64,000 nucleotides of DNA from Terricaulis sp. (GCA_047601265.1 JASGJR010000001.1:500802-564801); one strand, 5' to 3'. Positions 1-12,108 are shown, counted from the first letter of the stretch. Notes: generated from the sequence alone by a model not told the origin. Numbers and translations are program-made.

Positions 1-297
1 GAAGTCGGCGGCAAACGCCTTTTCCCGACCCCGCAAGGATTGCTCTACGGCGTCGGCAATGGCGCGATGATAATGGTCACCAAGCCGTACAATGGCGAGG
101 CGGCGACTAACGGCAACGGCTCAATGCTGGCGCTTGCAGTCGACAGCAAAGAGCAGGTTGCGGCCATGCACGCGAAGGCGCTTTCGCTGGGCAGCAAATG
201 CGAAGGACCTCCGGGCCCGCGCGGCAATTTCGGTGAGTTTGCCTATTTCCGCGATCTCGACGGTAACAAACTGGCAGTCTTTCACACCGGCCGCTAA
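1..297 (+). CDS. VOC (glyoxalase/bleomycin-resistance fold) family protein, 5'-truncated by window edge
   Basis: Frame is open from nt 1 to TAA 295-297. C-terminal GNFGEFAYFRDLDGNKLAVF resembles the terminal module of vicinal-oxygen-chelate proteins. Confidence 0.55.
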   Translation, partial: EVGGKRLFPTPQGLLYGVGNGAMIMVTKPYNGEAATNGNGSMLALAVDSKEQVAAMHAKALSLGSKCEGPPGPRGNFGEFAYFRDLDGNKLAVFHTGR

Positions 298-316
298 TCG
301 CGCGGCGCGGTGTGCG

Positions 317-1861
317 TCAGGCGTAGCGCCAAGCTTCGGCGGCGGCGCGGAAGAGGGCGCGGGATTTGTGCTGCGTTTCCTGCAGCTCGAGTTCGGGATC
401 GCTATCGAGCACGACGCCGCCGCCGGCTTGAACGTAGAGCGTGCCGTCTTTGACGATGCCAGTGCGCAGCGCGATGCAGGTGTCCATGTCGCCGGCGGCG
501 CCGAAATAGCCGACGCCGCCGGCGTAAACGCCGCGCTTGTGCGGCTCGACCTCGTTGATGATTTCCATGGCGCGAATTTTAGGCGCGCCGGTCACGGTGC
601 CATGCGGAAAGCCCGCGATCAGCGCGTCGAGCGCATCCTTGCCTTCAGCGATCTCGCCTTCGACGTTGGAGACGATGTGCATCACGTGGCTGTAGCGCTC
701 GATGGTGAAGCTCTCGGTGACGCGCACATTGGCTGAACCGGCCTGCGCGGCAGCTGCGTTATAGCCCTTGGACGCGCCGCGGCGGGCGACGCGGCCCAGA
801 TCGTTGCGCGCGAGATCAACGAGCATCAGGTGCTCGGCGCGTTCTTTCGGGTCGGCCAGCAAGTCTTGTTCGAGCGCAAGATCTTCAGCGCGCGTGGCGC
901 CGCGAGGACGCGTGCCGGCGATGGGGCGAATGGTCACCGTGGGACCGCGCAAGCGCACGAGTATTTCCGGGCTTGAACCGACGATGGCGAAGTCGGCCAT
1001 GTTGAAGAAATAAAGGAAAGGCGACGGGTTCATCCGCCGCAACGAACGATAGAGCGCAAACGGCGGCTGTTTGAACGGCGTCGAAAAACGCTGACTGGGG
1101 ACCACCTGAAAGATGTCGCCGGCGCGCGTATAGGCTTTGCACTTCTCGACCAGCGCACGGTACGCCTCTGGCGTGGTGTTGGAGCGCGGGGCGGGGACGT
1201 CGCTAGCTTCCACGTCTCTTTGCTTACGCAACGGACGCTCGAGCGCACGCTGCGTTTTGTCCAAGCGATCGCAGGCGGACTTGAAGGCGTCCTCAACGCT
1301 TTGGTTGGCGCGTTTGCGCGCCGGTGTGACCAAGGTGATCTCGCTGGTGACGTTGTCGAACACAAGAATGACTGTGGGGCGCACCAGCACCGCGTCCGGC
1401 GTCCCGATAGGGTCAGCCGCCTTGTCTGGCAGCTTTTCCATCAGCCGGACCATGTCGTAGCCGATGTAGCCGAATAATGCCGCCGCCATCGGCGGCAGCC
1501 CGTCCGGCAGTTTGAGCGCAGATCGCGCCAGCAGCTTCCGCAAGCTCTTGAGGGGCGCGTCGCGCTGCGGACGGAAGGATGCGTCCGCAAAGCCACCGCG
1601 GCTCATCTCCGCGCGGCCCTCGCACACACGCCAGACGAGATCAGGCTTAATGCCGATGATTGAGTAGCGGCCGCGAAACTCGCCGCCTTGGACGCTCTCG
1701 AGCAGAAGCGAGCCGGGTTTGTCGGCGCCAAGCTTCAACAACGCAGAGACCGGCGTCTCAAGATCGCCGATGCGGCGCGTCCAAACCACGCCGCCACCGC
1801 GCGCGTAGGCCTGTGCGAATTCTTCTCGTGAGGGCGCGTACGCGCGCTCGCGATCAATCAT
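317..1861 (-). CDS. trpE: anthranilate synthase component I
   Basis: 514 aa starting MIDRERAY. Chorismate-binding motifs are present (LESVQGGEFRGRYS, IFQVVPSQRF, GTVTGAPKIRAMEII, RGVYAGGVGYF). ATG at 1861 overlaps the upstream stop (ATGA). The Arg/Pro-rich extension to 2146 in the track is rejected. Confidence 0.9.
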   Translation of the reverse strand: MIDRERAYAPSREEFAQAYARGGGVVWTRRIGDLETPVSALLKLGADKPGSLLLESVQGGEFRGRYSIIGIKPDLVWRVCEGRAEMSRGGFADASFRPQRDAPLKSLRKLLARSALKLPDGLPPMAAALFGYIGYDMVRLMEKLPDKAADPIGTPDAVLVRPTVILVFDNVTSEITLVTPARKRANQSVEDAFKSACDRLDKTQRALERPLRKQRDVEASDVPAPRSNTTPEAYRALVEKCKAYTRAGDIFQVVPSQRFSTPFKQPPFALYRSLRRMNPSPFLYFFNMADFAIVGSSPEILVRLRGPTVTIRPIAGTRPRGATRAEDLALEQDLLADPKERAEHLMLVDLARNDLGRVARRGASKGYNAAAAQAGSANVRVTESFTIERYSHVMHIVSNVEGEIAEGKDALDALIAGFPHGTVTGAPKIRAMEIINEVEPHKRGVYAGGVGYFGAAGDMDTCIALRTGIVKDGTLYVQAGGGVVLDSDPELELQETQHKSRALFRAAAEAWRYA

Positions 1862-3819
1862 TGGCCCTCGCCGCCTTCGCCGCCCTGTGCGTTGCCGTTC
1901 GGCGGGTAGAGCCGGTTCAGCAGCGTGGTGTTCTTCTCGGGCTTCGCATCGGCGCGAATTTGCTCCTGGATGGCGTCCGAAAAGCTCTGGGCGATTTCCT
2001 GCTGCACTTGGGTCCGCATGGCTTCCACCATTTGCGGCACAGTGGCGGGATCGACACGATTGATGCGCTCGACTTGTGCGATCAGGTATTCGTCGCCGTG
2101 CGCACACATGCCGCCTGGAAGCGGCGCCTGGGGACGTTGCGCGCATTGATCGCTCACCACCGCGTTCGGCTGGGCGCCGAACACCTGGCCGGCAAATCGC
2201 GCCGCCGGAATGCGGGCGCTGCTTTGGCGGTCAAGCGCGACCGATGTCGCGATAATGGAAAGGTGATGAGCGCGCGCGACGTCGGTGAATTTCTGTCCCT
2301 GCTGGACTTGTTGCGTGACCTCGCTCGCGAGCTCGGTCATGCGGTGGTTGATTTCGCGCACGATCCACAAGTGCTGCAGATCGTCGCGAATTTCCGCGAG
2401 CGGACGCGCGTGAGGCGGCGTGATGTGATCGACGGAGATCAGCATTTCACCATCCGGCGTTTCCATGAAGTCGCTGGCTTCGCCCTCAGTGGTTTGGAAC
2501 GCAGCGCGGAGCACGTCACGCTGGCCAGCGAGCATGGCCACCGGTTGTCCGTGCAGATCGCGGCCTTGCGCTTCGACCGCTGGCACCGCGATGACGCTCA
2601 AACCAGCGGTTTGCGCCGCTTGCTGCACGGTCGCGCCGCCCGCGCGCGCCTCTTCGAAATTGCTGATCGCGGTATCGATGAGCGTGCTTGAGGCCGCCGT
2701 TTGCAGCTCGGTGCGGATTTGATCCTTGTAGGCGCTGAATTGCGGGGTAACGCCGGGGGTCACCGAGGTCGTCTTCACCACCACCCACGAAAGTTGCCCC
2801 TGGACAGCGCGCGCCGTTGCGCTTGGCGCCATCGAGAACACGGCTGCCGCAACGGGCTCATCCGTCACCGCCGCGCGCGCTTCGTTGTTGCCGAGCACGA
2901 CTGGCAGATGCAGCGCCTGCGCCACCGCGTTGGGATTTTGTCCGGCGTTGATGCGGGCGGCGGCGTCGTTGGCCTGTGCCTGGTTTTGCGCGACGATGCG
3001 GATAGACGAGCGCCGCTCTGGCGTGCCCAGCGTTTCGGCGCGGCGGTTGAATTCTTCCTGCACTTGCGCGTCGGTGACGCCGGCGCGTTGCGCGAAGTCA
3101 GCCTTGCGCGCCAGCACCAGCGTAAGTTGACGGAATTCCGGAAGTTGCAGGCGATCTTTGATCTCATCGTAGAATGTCTGCAGCTGCGGCTGCGTTGGCG
3201 GCGGCACGTTGCCGGCAAGCGAAATCGGCGCCTGGGCGATGGTGAGCGTGCGATTTTCTGAGCGGATAGCGACGCCGATCGCGCCATAGCTGGATGGCGC
3301 GCGCACGCCTTGCGCCATCGCCTGCATCACCATGGCGATGGACGCCTCATTGCGGATCAGCTGTTCGAATTCAGGCCGCGTGAAGTGGTGCTCCGACAGA
3401 AGCTGATCGTAGAGCCGCGGGTCGAAGCGGTTTGTTTGTGGATCGACCACGCCTAGCTGACGGATGCCGGCTGCAACCTGCGCATCGCTGGCGATGACGC
3501 CGTGGCGGGTCGCGTAGTTGGAGATGGCCGCGCGCGAGATGAGGCCGTCCAGAATCTGGAGATGGGCGCCTTGGGCTATGGCCTCTTCCTTCGTGAAGTT
3601 GTGGCCTTCCTGGCGCTGGCGCTGCAGGGCGGCGTCCAGCTCGCGCTCGATGTCGGTTTGCGTGATCGGCGTATCGCCGACCTTGGCCACCCATTGGGCT
3701 CCAAACGGGTTCTGCAGCCCTTGGTGCGGGATGAGGAAGAGCACCGTGGCAATGCCGATCAGGCCAAAAATGATCGTGGCGAACAAGCCACGGGTAGCTT
3801 TCCGAAATTGCAGAAGCAT
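1858..3819 (-). CDS. PpiD/SurA-like periplasmic chaperone / peptidyl-prolyl isomerase, N-terminal membrane anchor
   Basis: Start chosen at MLLQFRKATRGLFATIIFGLIGIATVLFLIP (TM anchor). The long periplasmic region is typical of the SurA-N/PpiD family. The gene is coupled to trpE. Confidence 0.7.
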   Translation of the reverse strand: MLLQFRKATRGLFATIIFGLIGIATVLFLIPHQGLQNPFGAQWVAKVGDTPITQTDIERELDAALQRQRQEGHNFTKEEAIAQGAHLQILDGLISRAAISNYATRHGVIASDAQVAAGIRQLGVVDPQTNRFDPRLYDQLLSEHHFTRPEFEQLIRNEASIAMVMQAMAQGVRAPSSYGAIGVAIRSENRTLTIAQAPISLAGNVPPPTQPQLQTFYDEIKDRLQLPEFRQLTLVLARKADFAQRAGVTDAQVQEEFNRRAETLGTPERRSSIRIVAQNQAQANDAAARINAGQNPNAVAQALHLPVVLGNNEARAAVTDEPVAAAVFSMAPSATARAVQGQLSWVVVKTTSVTPGVTPQFSAYKDQIRTELQTAASSTLIDTAISNFEEARAGGATVQQAAQTAGLSVIAVPAVEAQGRDLHGQPVAMLAGQRDVLRAAFQTTEGEASDFMETPDGEMLISVDHITPPHARPLAEIRDDLQHLWIVREINHRMTELASEVTQQVQQGQKFTDVARAHHLSIIATSVALDRQSSARIPAARFAGQVFGAQPNAVVSDQCAQRPQAPLPGGMCAHGDEYLIAQVERINRVDPATVPQMVEAMRTQVQQEIAQSFSDAIQEQIRADAKPEKNTTLLNRLYPPNGNAQGGEGGEGQ

Positions 3820-3907
3820 GAGGCGATCCGATAAACGAAGCGCCGGAACATAGAGGCGCCCCCTAAGCGGGGCAATCGCCGGACACTTACCGGGCGAGGG
3901 AGGACAA

Positions 3908-4666
3908 ATGGCCGCGCGTACACCGCTGATCGCGGGAAACTGGAAGATGTTTGGCCGCCGCACGGATTTGGCCGAGATCGCGAAGCTCTCAACGCGGCTG
4001 GCAGGCGCCGGCGCGCGGGTGGAGGCGCTCGTCTGCCCAGCTGCACCCTACATCGCCGCCGCGGTGGATATGGCCAAAGGAGGCGCACTGGCCATCGGCG
4101 GACAGGATTGCAGCAGCGTGGCTGCTGATGCTGCCCGCACCGGCGAAGTGAGCGCCGGCATGCTTGCCGACTTAGGTGCAAGCTATGTCATCGTGGGGCA
4201 CTCGGAGCGGCGCACGCTTCTTGGAGAAACCGACGACCTGGTTCGCGCCAAGGCCGAAGCAGCGGTTGCAGCCGGGCTCACCCCTATTGTCTGCGTGGGG
4301 GAGACTGCCGCGCATAGAGCCGCGGGACAGGTGGGTGAAGTGGTCAGCGCGCAAAGTCTTGCCAGCGCGCCTGCGCAGGGGAATTTCGTCGTCGCCTATG
4401 AACCCGTTTGGTGCATTGGCGGCGATCGCACCCCCACCATGGCGGAAATCGCTGAAGCGCACGCCTTTATCCGCGCGGCGCTCGCGTCGCGGTACGGCGC
4501 AGAGAAGGCTGAATCCACGCGGATTCTGTATGGCGGTTCAGTGGGGCCGAAGAATGCGGCGGAGGTGTTTAGCGCGCCTGGCGTCGATGGGGCGCTGGTG
4601 GGGCGCGCCAGCGTGAAGGCGGACGACTTTGCGGCGATCATTTTTGCCCATCCGGCTGCGTCCTGA
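3908..4666 (+). CDS. tpiA: triosephosphate isomerase
   Basis: Motifs IAGNWKM, VIVGHSERR, AYEPVWCIGG and ILYGGSV are present. Confidence 0.95.
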   Translation: MAARTPLIAGNWKMFGRRTDLAEIAKLSTRLAGAGARVEALVCPAAPYIAAAVDMAKGGALAIGGQDCSSVAADAARTGEVSAGMLADLGASYVIVGHSERRTLLGETDDLVRAKAEAAVAAGLTPIVCVGETAAHRAAGQVGEVVSAQSLASAPAQGNFVVAYEPVWCIGGDRTPTMAEIAEAHAFIRAALASRYGAEKAESTRILYGGSVGPKNAAEVFSAPGVDGALVGRASVKADDFAAIIFAHPAAS

Positions 4667-4777
4667 GGGTGCGCCAATCCGGGCTGGTGTTTAGGATAGC
4701 TCTCAGCTATTGAGCGCGCTTTCGTGCGCGCCCATGTAGGGCGCGTATTCGCGTACGCGCGGGAGTTGAGTTCAGCA

Positions 4778-7247
<2,470 letters not shown>

Positions 7248-7294
7248 GGCGTAAAGCGTCGACAGCCGCCGCCGCGCGTGCGAAGCCCTCTTTC

Positions 7295-7873
7295 ATGCGA
7301 TTTGGCCTCCTCATTCTCGCGCTGTTGGTTTCGAGCGCGCCGGCATTGGCGCAAGGCGCGCAGCCTGCGGACCGCGGCCCAACAGCGCCGCTCGCGCTCT
7401 TGGTGCTCATCATCGCCGTCATTCTGTGGCTTACGCTCCGCAGCATCGTGCGCAGCTGGCGCGCGCGCAAAACGGAAGTGACTGTGCAGGGCAACTTCAA
7501 CGAGTTCGCGCTGCAGGCCCTGGTCAATGCCGCCAAGATTGACGGCAGGATTGCGGAAACCGAGATCAGCACCATTGCGGCGGCGATGAAGGAAATCGGT
7601 GGCAGCGACGTCAGCGCCGCTTTCAGCAATGCAAAACTCACCAAGGATGAATTGGTCGCCTACCTGACGAAGAAGGCGAACGTATTCACGAACGACCAGA
7701 AGCAATGGTTGTTGAAATCGCTGCTGGCGGTGTTCGTGGCCGACGGCAAGTTTGACGAGGTCGAGCACGCGGCGCTCGTGGATTACACGGCAGCGATTGG
7801 TTTTGATCGTGCGCGCGCGCCTGACATGCTGCGCAATTTGGCGCGCGACTTCTCGCGCGGAAATATCACCTAG
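7295..7873 (+). CDS. membrane-anchored TerB-like (tellurite-resistance TerB/DjlA-N fold) protein
   Basis: Signal/TM segments come first, followed by NAAKIDGRIAETEISTIAAAM...AVFVADGKFDEVEHAALVDY, the paired ADG..E helices typical of TerB domains. Assignment is by eye only. Confidence 0.5.
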   Translation: MRFGLLILALLVSSAPALAQGAQPADRGPTAPLALLVLIIAVILWLTLRSIVRSWRARKTEVTVQGNFNEFALQALVNAAKIDGRIAETEISTIAAAMKEIGGSDVSAAFSNAKLTKDELVAYLTKKANVFTNDQKQWLLKSLLAVFVADGKFDEVEHAALVDYTAAIGFDRARAPDMLRNLARDFSRGNIT

Positions 7874-8730
7874 GCTGTCACGCGCAGGATGAAGTCGCTC
7901 GCGTCAGCGAGTACCGGGGCGCTGCCGCGGAAGAAGCGCGATAATGCCAGCATCAGACCCACGTGATCGACGTTAGGATATATTTTGGTTTCCACACGCT
8001 CGTGCGCCGCTTCGGCGGCGCGTTGCAAAGCGTTGATGCTTCGACGGCCGACTACGGTGTCCTTTTCGCCCCAGAGCAATTGCAGTGGCGGTGCATCGCG
8101 TCTGGCAAAGTTGATCGGCTGTGTTGCGTTCAAATCGTGAGCTTCGCCAAACGCTTCTTGGGTGGATTTTACATCGAGGGGCAGAAAGTCGTATGGACCC
8201 GCCAAACCGACGACGCCGCGAACAGAGCTGGCAGATACACCTGCGCGTTCCAGGAAACGCCGATCCAATCCAAGCATCATCGCGTTGTAGGCGCCGGCAG
8301 AGTGGCCCATCAGCACAACTTTGTTTGCATCGCCGCCAAACTCGTGCGCGTTCGCGATGGTGGCTCGGACCGCGGCCGCGCAATCTTCCACAAAAGCTGG
8401 AAAGCGCACGTCCGGAACCAAACGATAGTCCGGGATCGCGGTCAGGAAGCCGCGCGAGGACAACGCGTCGCCAGCGAATTCGTAGTCGCGCTTGGCGCCT
8501 GAGTTCCAGGAGCCGCCGTAGAAAAACACCACAATCGGCATGCCGATCGTCATTTGTCTGGGCGCGTAGAGGTCCAGCTTCTGCCGCTGCTCTGCGCCGT
8601 AGGCGATGTCGTGCCGGACGGCGCGCCCGCCGCTGTCCTTCGGCGTGATCGCATTGAACTGACCCAGGGTCGGCGTACACGCCGCCGCCAGTGTCGCTCC
8701 AAAGGCCCCCAGCACACCCCGTCGCCGCAT
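7870..8730 (-). CDS. alpha/beta hydrolase (esterase/lipase-type) lipoprotein
   Basis: Lipobox LAAAC is present. Oxyanion-type motif VFFYGGSW, nucleophile elbow GHSAGAY and a C-terminal DH are also seen. Confidence 0.7.
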   Translation of the reverse strand: MRRRGVLGAFGATLAAACTPTLGQFNAITPKDSGGRAVRHDIAYGAEQRQKLDLYAPRQMTIGMPIVVFFYGGSWNSGAKRDYEFAGDALSSRGFLTAIPDYRLVPDVRFPAFVEDCAAAVRATIANAHEFGGDANKVVLMGHSAGAYNAMMLGLDRRFLERAGVSASSVRGVVGLAGPYDFLPLDVKSTQEAFGEAHDLNATQPINFARRDAPPLQLLWGEKDTVVGRRSINALQRAAEAAHERVETKIYPNVDHVGLMLALSRFFRGSAPVLADASDFILRVTA

Positions 8731-8891
8731 ACGTTACCCCCGACCTGGAACACCTATTACGCTTTGCGCAGCCCAACAGACCAGGGCGGCCTGGCAGGTT
8801 CATGTGCATCCAAAGCCACTGCGGATGCCATCTTGGGATAAAGAAGCATTCAAGCGGCACCGTGTGGCTACCGCTGAGGGTGGGGATCAGG

Positions 8892-9518
8892 ATGAAGACA
8901 TCGATCACGGCTGCGCTGGCGGCGATTGCTGTTTTGTCGGCGGCGAGCATGGCCGGCGCCGAGCCGCGAGACGTCGGCGCGTTCGATAGCGTTCGGGCGC
9001 AGGACAACCTTCGCGTCGACATCATCCACGGCGCGGAGTTCAGCGTCGACGTCAGCGGCGTGGAAGCGGCACGGGTGCGGACTGAAGTTCGCGATGGCAC
9101 GTTGCAGGTGTCCGAGATCAACCGGCCGTGGTTCGGCCACGACCGCCAAGTCGCGGCGACGATCCACGTGACCATGCCAAGCGTCAAAGGCCTCGCCAGC
9201 GCCAAAGGCGCGACGGTCATCGCCGAAGGCGTTCAGGGAACCGACGTAAGCCTCGCCGCCGCGATGGGCGGGGAATTGCGCGTTAGCGGCGCGTGCACTG
9301 TGGCGACGGTGGCGGCCTCGATGGGCGCGGTTATCCGGGCGCAAGACTTCCAATGCGCTCATGCCACCATCTCCGCGTCCATGGGGGGCGACGCCCAGGT
9401 GTTCGCGAGCGCCGGCTATACCGCGTCCGCCTCCATGGGCGGCGAGGTGAAGGTCCTCGGCGGCGGCGTGAGGGGGCAGGTGTCTACCTCGTTCGGCGGG
9501 GAAGTTAGCCAGGACTAG
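8892..9518 (+). CDS. DUF2807 / GIN-domain (putative adhesin-head beta-helix) secreted protein, paralog 1
   Basis: Signal peptide MKTSITAALAAIAVLSAASMAGA. Repeated A-[AS]-M-G-G strands occur every ~19-20 aa. This is a tandem paralog of the next gene. Confidence 0.6.
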   Translation: MKTSITAALAAIAVLSAASMAGAEPRDVGAFDSVRAQDNLRVDIIHGAEFSVDVSGVEAARVRTEVRDGTLQVSEINRPWFGHDRQVAATIHVTMPSVKGLASAKGATVIAEGVQGTDVSLAAAMGGELRVSGACTVATVAASMGAVIRAQDFQCAHATISASMGGDAQVFASAGYTASASMGGEVKVLGGGVRGQVSTSFGGEVSQD

Positions 9519-9596
9519 GGGTGCATCCAAACGTTGGGTGCGCCGCATCCTTGCTTCGAACGCCGGGCGCGGACGCCTGGGAGACGGGAGCAAGCC

Positions 9597-10277
9597 ATGA
9601 AATTCGTCCTCGCCACCGCCGTCGCTGCCGCCATGGTCTTTGGCGCCGCGAACGCCACTGCCGAGACCCGGGCGCTTTCGAATTTTACCAGCGTGAAGGC
9701 GTACGATCACCTCGTCGTCGAGGTTCGCAACGGGGCGCAATATTCGGTTGAAGTGACCGGTCCCCAAGCGGATCGCATTGCGACCAGCATCGACCTAGAC
9801 GGCGCGCTCAAAATCAATGAGCGCAATCGTCCGTGGTTTGGCCCGGATCGTCGGGTCGACGCCCTTGTTCGCGTCACCATGCCGAACGTTACCGATCTTG
9901 CCGCCGCCAAGGGCGCAACGCTCACGGCTTTCGACATTACCGGCGAAGACGTGTCCATCGTCGCGGCGATGGGTGGAGAACTCACCATCAACGGATCGTG
10001 CCATTCCGTGGACGCCACGGCGGCGATGGGCGGCACGTTGCGCGCGGATAATTTCCATTGCCTGACCGCTGATATCTCAGCGGCGATGGGCGGCGATGCA
10101 CGCGTGTTTGCGACGCAGACGTTCGACGCGACAGCGGCGATGGGCGGGAGCGTGCATATCGCTGGCGGCGCACACGGCGACACCACGGCGGCCATGGGCG
10201 GATCCATTCAGATCGCCGACGGCGGCCGTTCTGACGACACGACCGCCGTCATGGGTGGAAACGTTTCAACGCGATAG
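9597..10277 (+). CDS. DUF2807 / GIN-domain secreted protein, paralog 2
   Basis: Signal peptide MKFVLATAVAAAMVFGAANATA. There are six AAMGG-type repeats. The N-terminal block (F.SV.A.D.L.V....GA.FSV.V.G) is shared with paralog 1. Confidence 0.6.
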   Translation: MKFVLATAVAAAMVFGAANATAETRALSNFTSVKAYDHLVVEVRNGAQYSVEVTGPQADRIATSIDLDGALKINERNRPWFGPDRRVDALVRVTMPNVTDLAAAKGATLTAFDITGEDVSIVAAMGGELTINGSCHSVDATAAMGGTLRADNFHCLTADISAAMGGDARVFATQTFDATAAMGGSVHIAGGAHGDTTAAMGGSIQIADGGRSDDTTAVMGGNVSTR

Positions 10278-10311
10278 GAACCACCAAAGGGGTGCTGCGT
10301 TCTGTTCCATC

Positions 10312-11265
10312 ATGGAACCGGATGTCATCGACCCTCCGGCGCAGCTTGGTGCGCTTCAAGTCAAGCGACCGCTGCCCGACAACGCCAACGCGCTCATCCT
10401 GTTCAATCAAAACGCGGGAAGCGTGCATCCCGGCGACCGCGAGAAACTGGTTCAGGCCGTCACCGAGGCCGGTGTTACGCAATACACCGTGATCGGGATC
10501 GATAAACTGTCGACGCGGTTTTTCGAGCGCCAGCGCGAGTTCGACGTCATTATCGTGCTGGGAGGAGACGGCACCGCGCGCGCCGCTGCTGAAATGGCGC
10601 CGCGCAACGGGCCGCCGCTGATTTTGCTGCCTGGCGGTACGCTCAACGTGTTGCCACAGGCCCTCTACGGACCTCGCGCGTGGCCCGACGCGCTGAAGGC
10701 GGCGCTGGAGCGTGGCGTGGTCAAGCGCATGCCCATGGGCCGCGCGAACGGTTCGACTTTCTTCGTCGCAGCGATGTTCGGCGCCCCGACCTTGTTGGCG
10801 CGCGCGCGCGAAGCCGTGCGAGAAGGCAAACCGCTGACCGCTCTGGGACGCGTCCGGCACTTCCTGCGCCGGGCCTTTGCGCGCGACATTCGTGCACGCT
10901 GCGGGGATGGCAAATTTCGCAAGACCGAGGCTGCAGCGGTGCTCTGCCCCTTGTTCTCCGGCGCGCTGGAAGGAGAGGCAATGGAGTTCGTGCGCCTCGA
11001 TGTCCGCCACCTCGGAGACTTGGCGCGCGTGAGCATCCGGGCGCTCTGGGCGGGATGGCGCAAGGATTTAACCGTCGAGATCAGCCACTGCACCGACGCA
11101 GACGTCTATTCCTACGGCACGATACCAGCGGCGCTGGACGGCGAGCCGAAGATGTTCCTCTCCGCCGTGCGCATTCGCTACAGCCCCAATGGCCCGCGCG
11201 TGATTGCACTCGACACCGAACTCACGAACGACAACGCCGAAGCGCTCGATAAGGCCAAGGCTTAA
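10312..11265 (+). CDS. diacylglycerol-kinase-like lipid kinase (DAGK catalytic domain, YegS/BmrU type)
   Basis: ALILFNQNAGS...DVIIVLGGDGTARAAAE...LLPGGTLNVLP matches the DAGKc GGDG/GT.N signature. ATG 10312 lies 10 nt after a GGAAC-N16-CGTT promoter motif. Confidence 0.7.
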   Translation: MEPDVIDPPAQLGALQVKRPLPDNANALILFNQNAGSVHPGDREKLVQAVTEAGVTQYTVIGIDKLSTRFFERQREFDVIIVLGGDGTARAAAEMAPRNGPPLILLPGGTLNVLPQALYGPRAWPDALKAALERGVVKRMPMGRANGSTFFVAAMFGAPTLLARAREAVREGKPLTALGRVRHFLRRAFARDIRARCGDGKFRKTEAAAVLCPLFSGALEGEAMEFVRLDVRHLGDLARVSIRALWAGWRKDLTVEISHCTDADVYSYGTIPAALDGEPKMFLSAVRIRYSPNGPRVIALDTELTNDNAEALDKAKA

Positions 11266-11272
11266 CGCTGCC

Positions 11273-12091
11273 GTGGAGATCGTTCATTTCACCGATCCGC
11301 ACTTCGGCTGCGAGAATGTCGAAGCCATTCGCGCGGCGACGCGCTACGTGGCCGAGCATAAGCCGAACCTGGTAATCTGCACCGGCGACATTTCCACGAT
11401 CGGATTGGCGAGCGAACTCGAAGCCTCGTGTGCGTGGCTGCGGATGCTGGCTGCGCCGGTGATGCTTACGCCTGGCAATCACGACGTGCCGTATCACAAT
11501 CCGATGGGACGGCTGTTTTATCCCTGGGATCGGTTCAATCGCGCCGCGCGCGGCATACGAGTGTCGCCCTGGCAGACGAACAATTGGTGCATTGTACCCA
11601 TCAACACCGCACGCGCGATGCAGATGCGGCTTAACTGGGCGCAGGGCGCGATTACACCGGCGCAGACGGAAGTCGCTGCGCAGTGCTTGAGGCAGGCCAG
11701 GCCAGAGGCGCTGCGTATCGTCATGACCCATCATCCGCTGGATTGGCCGAATGACGCACCCATTCACGGCGCAACTCTTGGCGGCCTCAAGGGGCAAGCA
11801 GCGTTGATTGACGCGGGTGCGGAATTGTTTCTGAGCGGCCATTTGCATTTTGCTTCGGCGCGCATGGTCGGACAGCAAGCGCTCTCAATCACTAGCGGCA
11901 CGCTGTCATGCCGTGTTCGCCACGAGCCATGCGCGTTCACGGTCATCCGGCGTCCAGAAGCCAAGGTCATCGAAACGGAAGTGGTGCACATCGTGCAGGG
12001 TGTGTGCGAAACAGCGGCGAAGCGGCAATTCCGGCTCAATGCCGTTGCGCAAATCGCGACGCCTGCGGAGCTACATCCCCAGCCCAACTAA
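11273..12091 (+). CDS. calcineurin-like metallophosphoesterase
   Basis: VHFTDPHF, ICTGDIS and TPGNHD motifs are present. A GTG start at 11273 (7 nt after the upstream TAA) is preferred to the overlapping TTG at 11204. Confidence 0.7.
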   Translation: MEIVHFTDPHFGCENVEAIRAATRYVAEHKPNLVICTGDISTIGLASELEASCAWLRMLAAPVMLTPGNHDVPYHNPMGRLFYPWDRFNRAARGIRVSPWQTNNWCIVPINTARAMQMRLNWAQGAITPAQTEVAAQCLRQARPEALRIVMTHHPLDWPNDAPIHGATLGGLKGQAALIDAGAELFLSGHLHFASARMVGQQALSITSGTLSCRVRHEPCAFTVIRRPEAKVIETEVVHIVQGVCETAAKRQFRLNAVAQIATPAELHPQPN

Positions 12092-12108
12092 TGAACACAT
12101 CGGCGCGC

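Noticed and set aside
4667-4777. A cluster of short GC palindromes (ATAGCT-ctc-AGCTAT, GCGCGC-tttcgt-GCGCGC, GCGCGTA-ttcgcg-TACGCGC) between tpiA and secG as a riboswitch or attenuator.
   Set aside because: The stems are short, no conserved riboswitch core was recognised, and no T-tract is present. These are probably ordinary inter-cistronic secondary structure.
9511-9535. AGGAC-N16-CGTT upstream of the second DUF2807 gene as a sixth stress promoter.
   Set aside because: The -35 element has two mismatches to GGAAC, and the -10 lies 61 nt from the start. This is too weak to call without TSS data.
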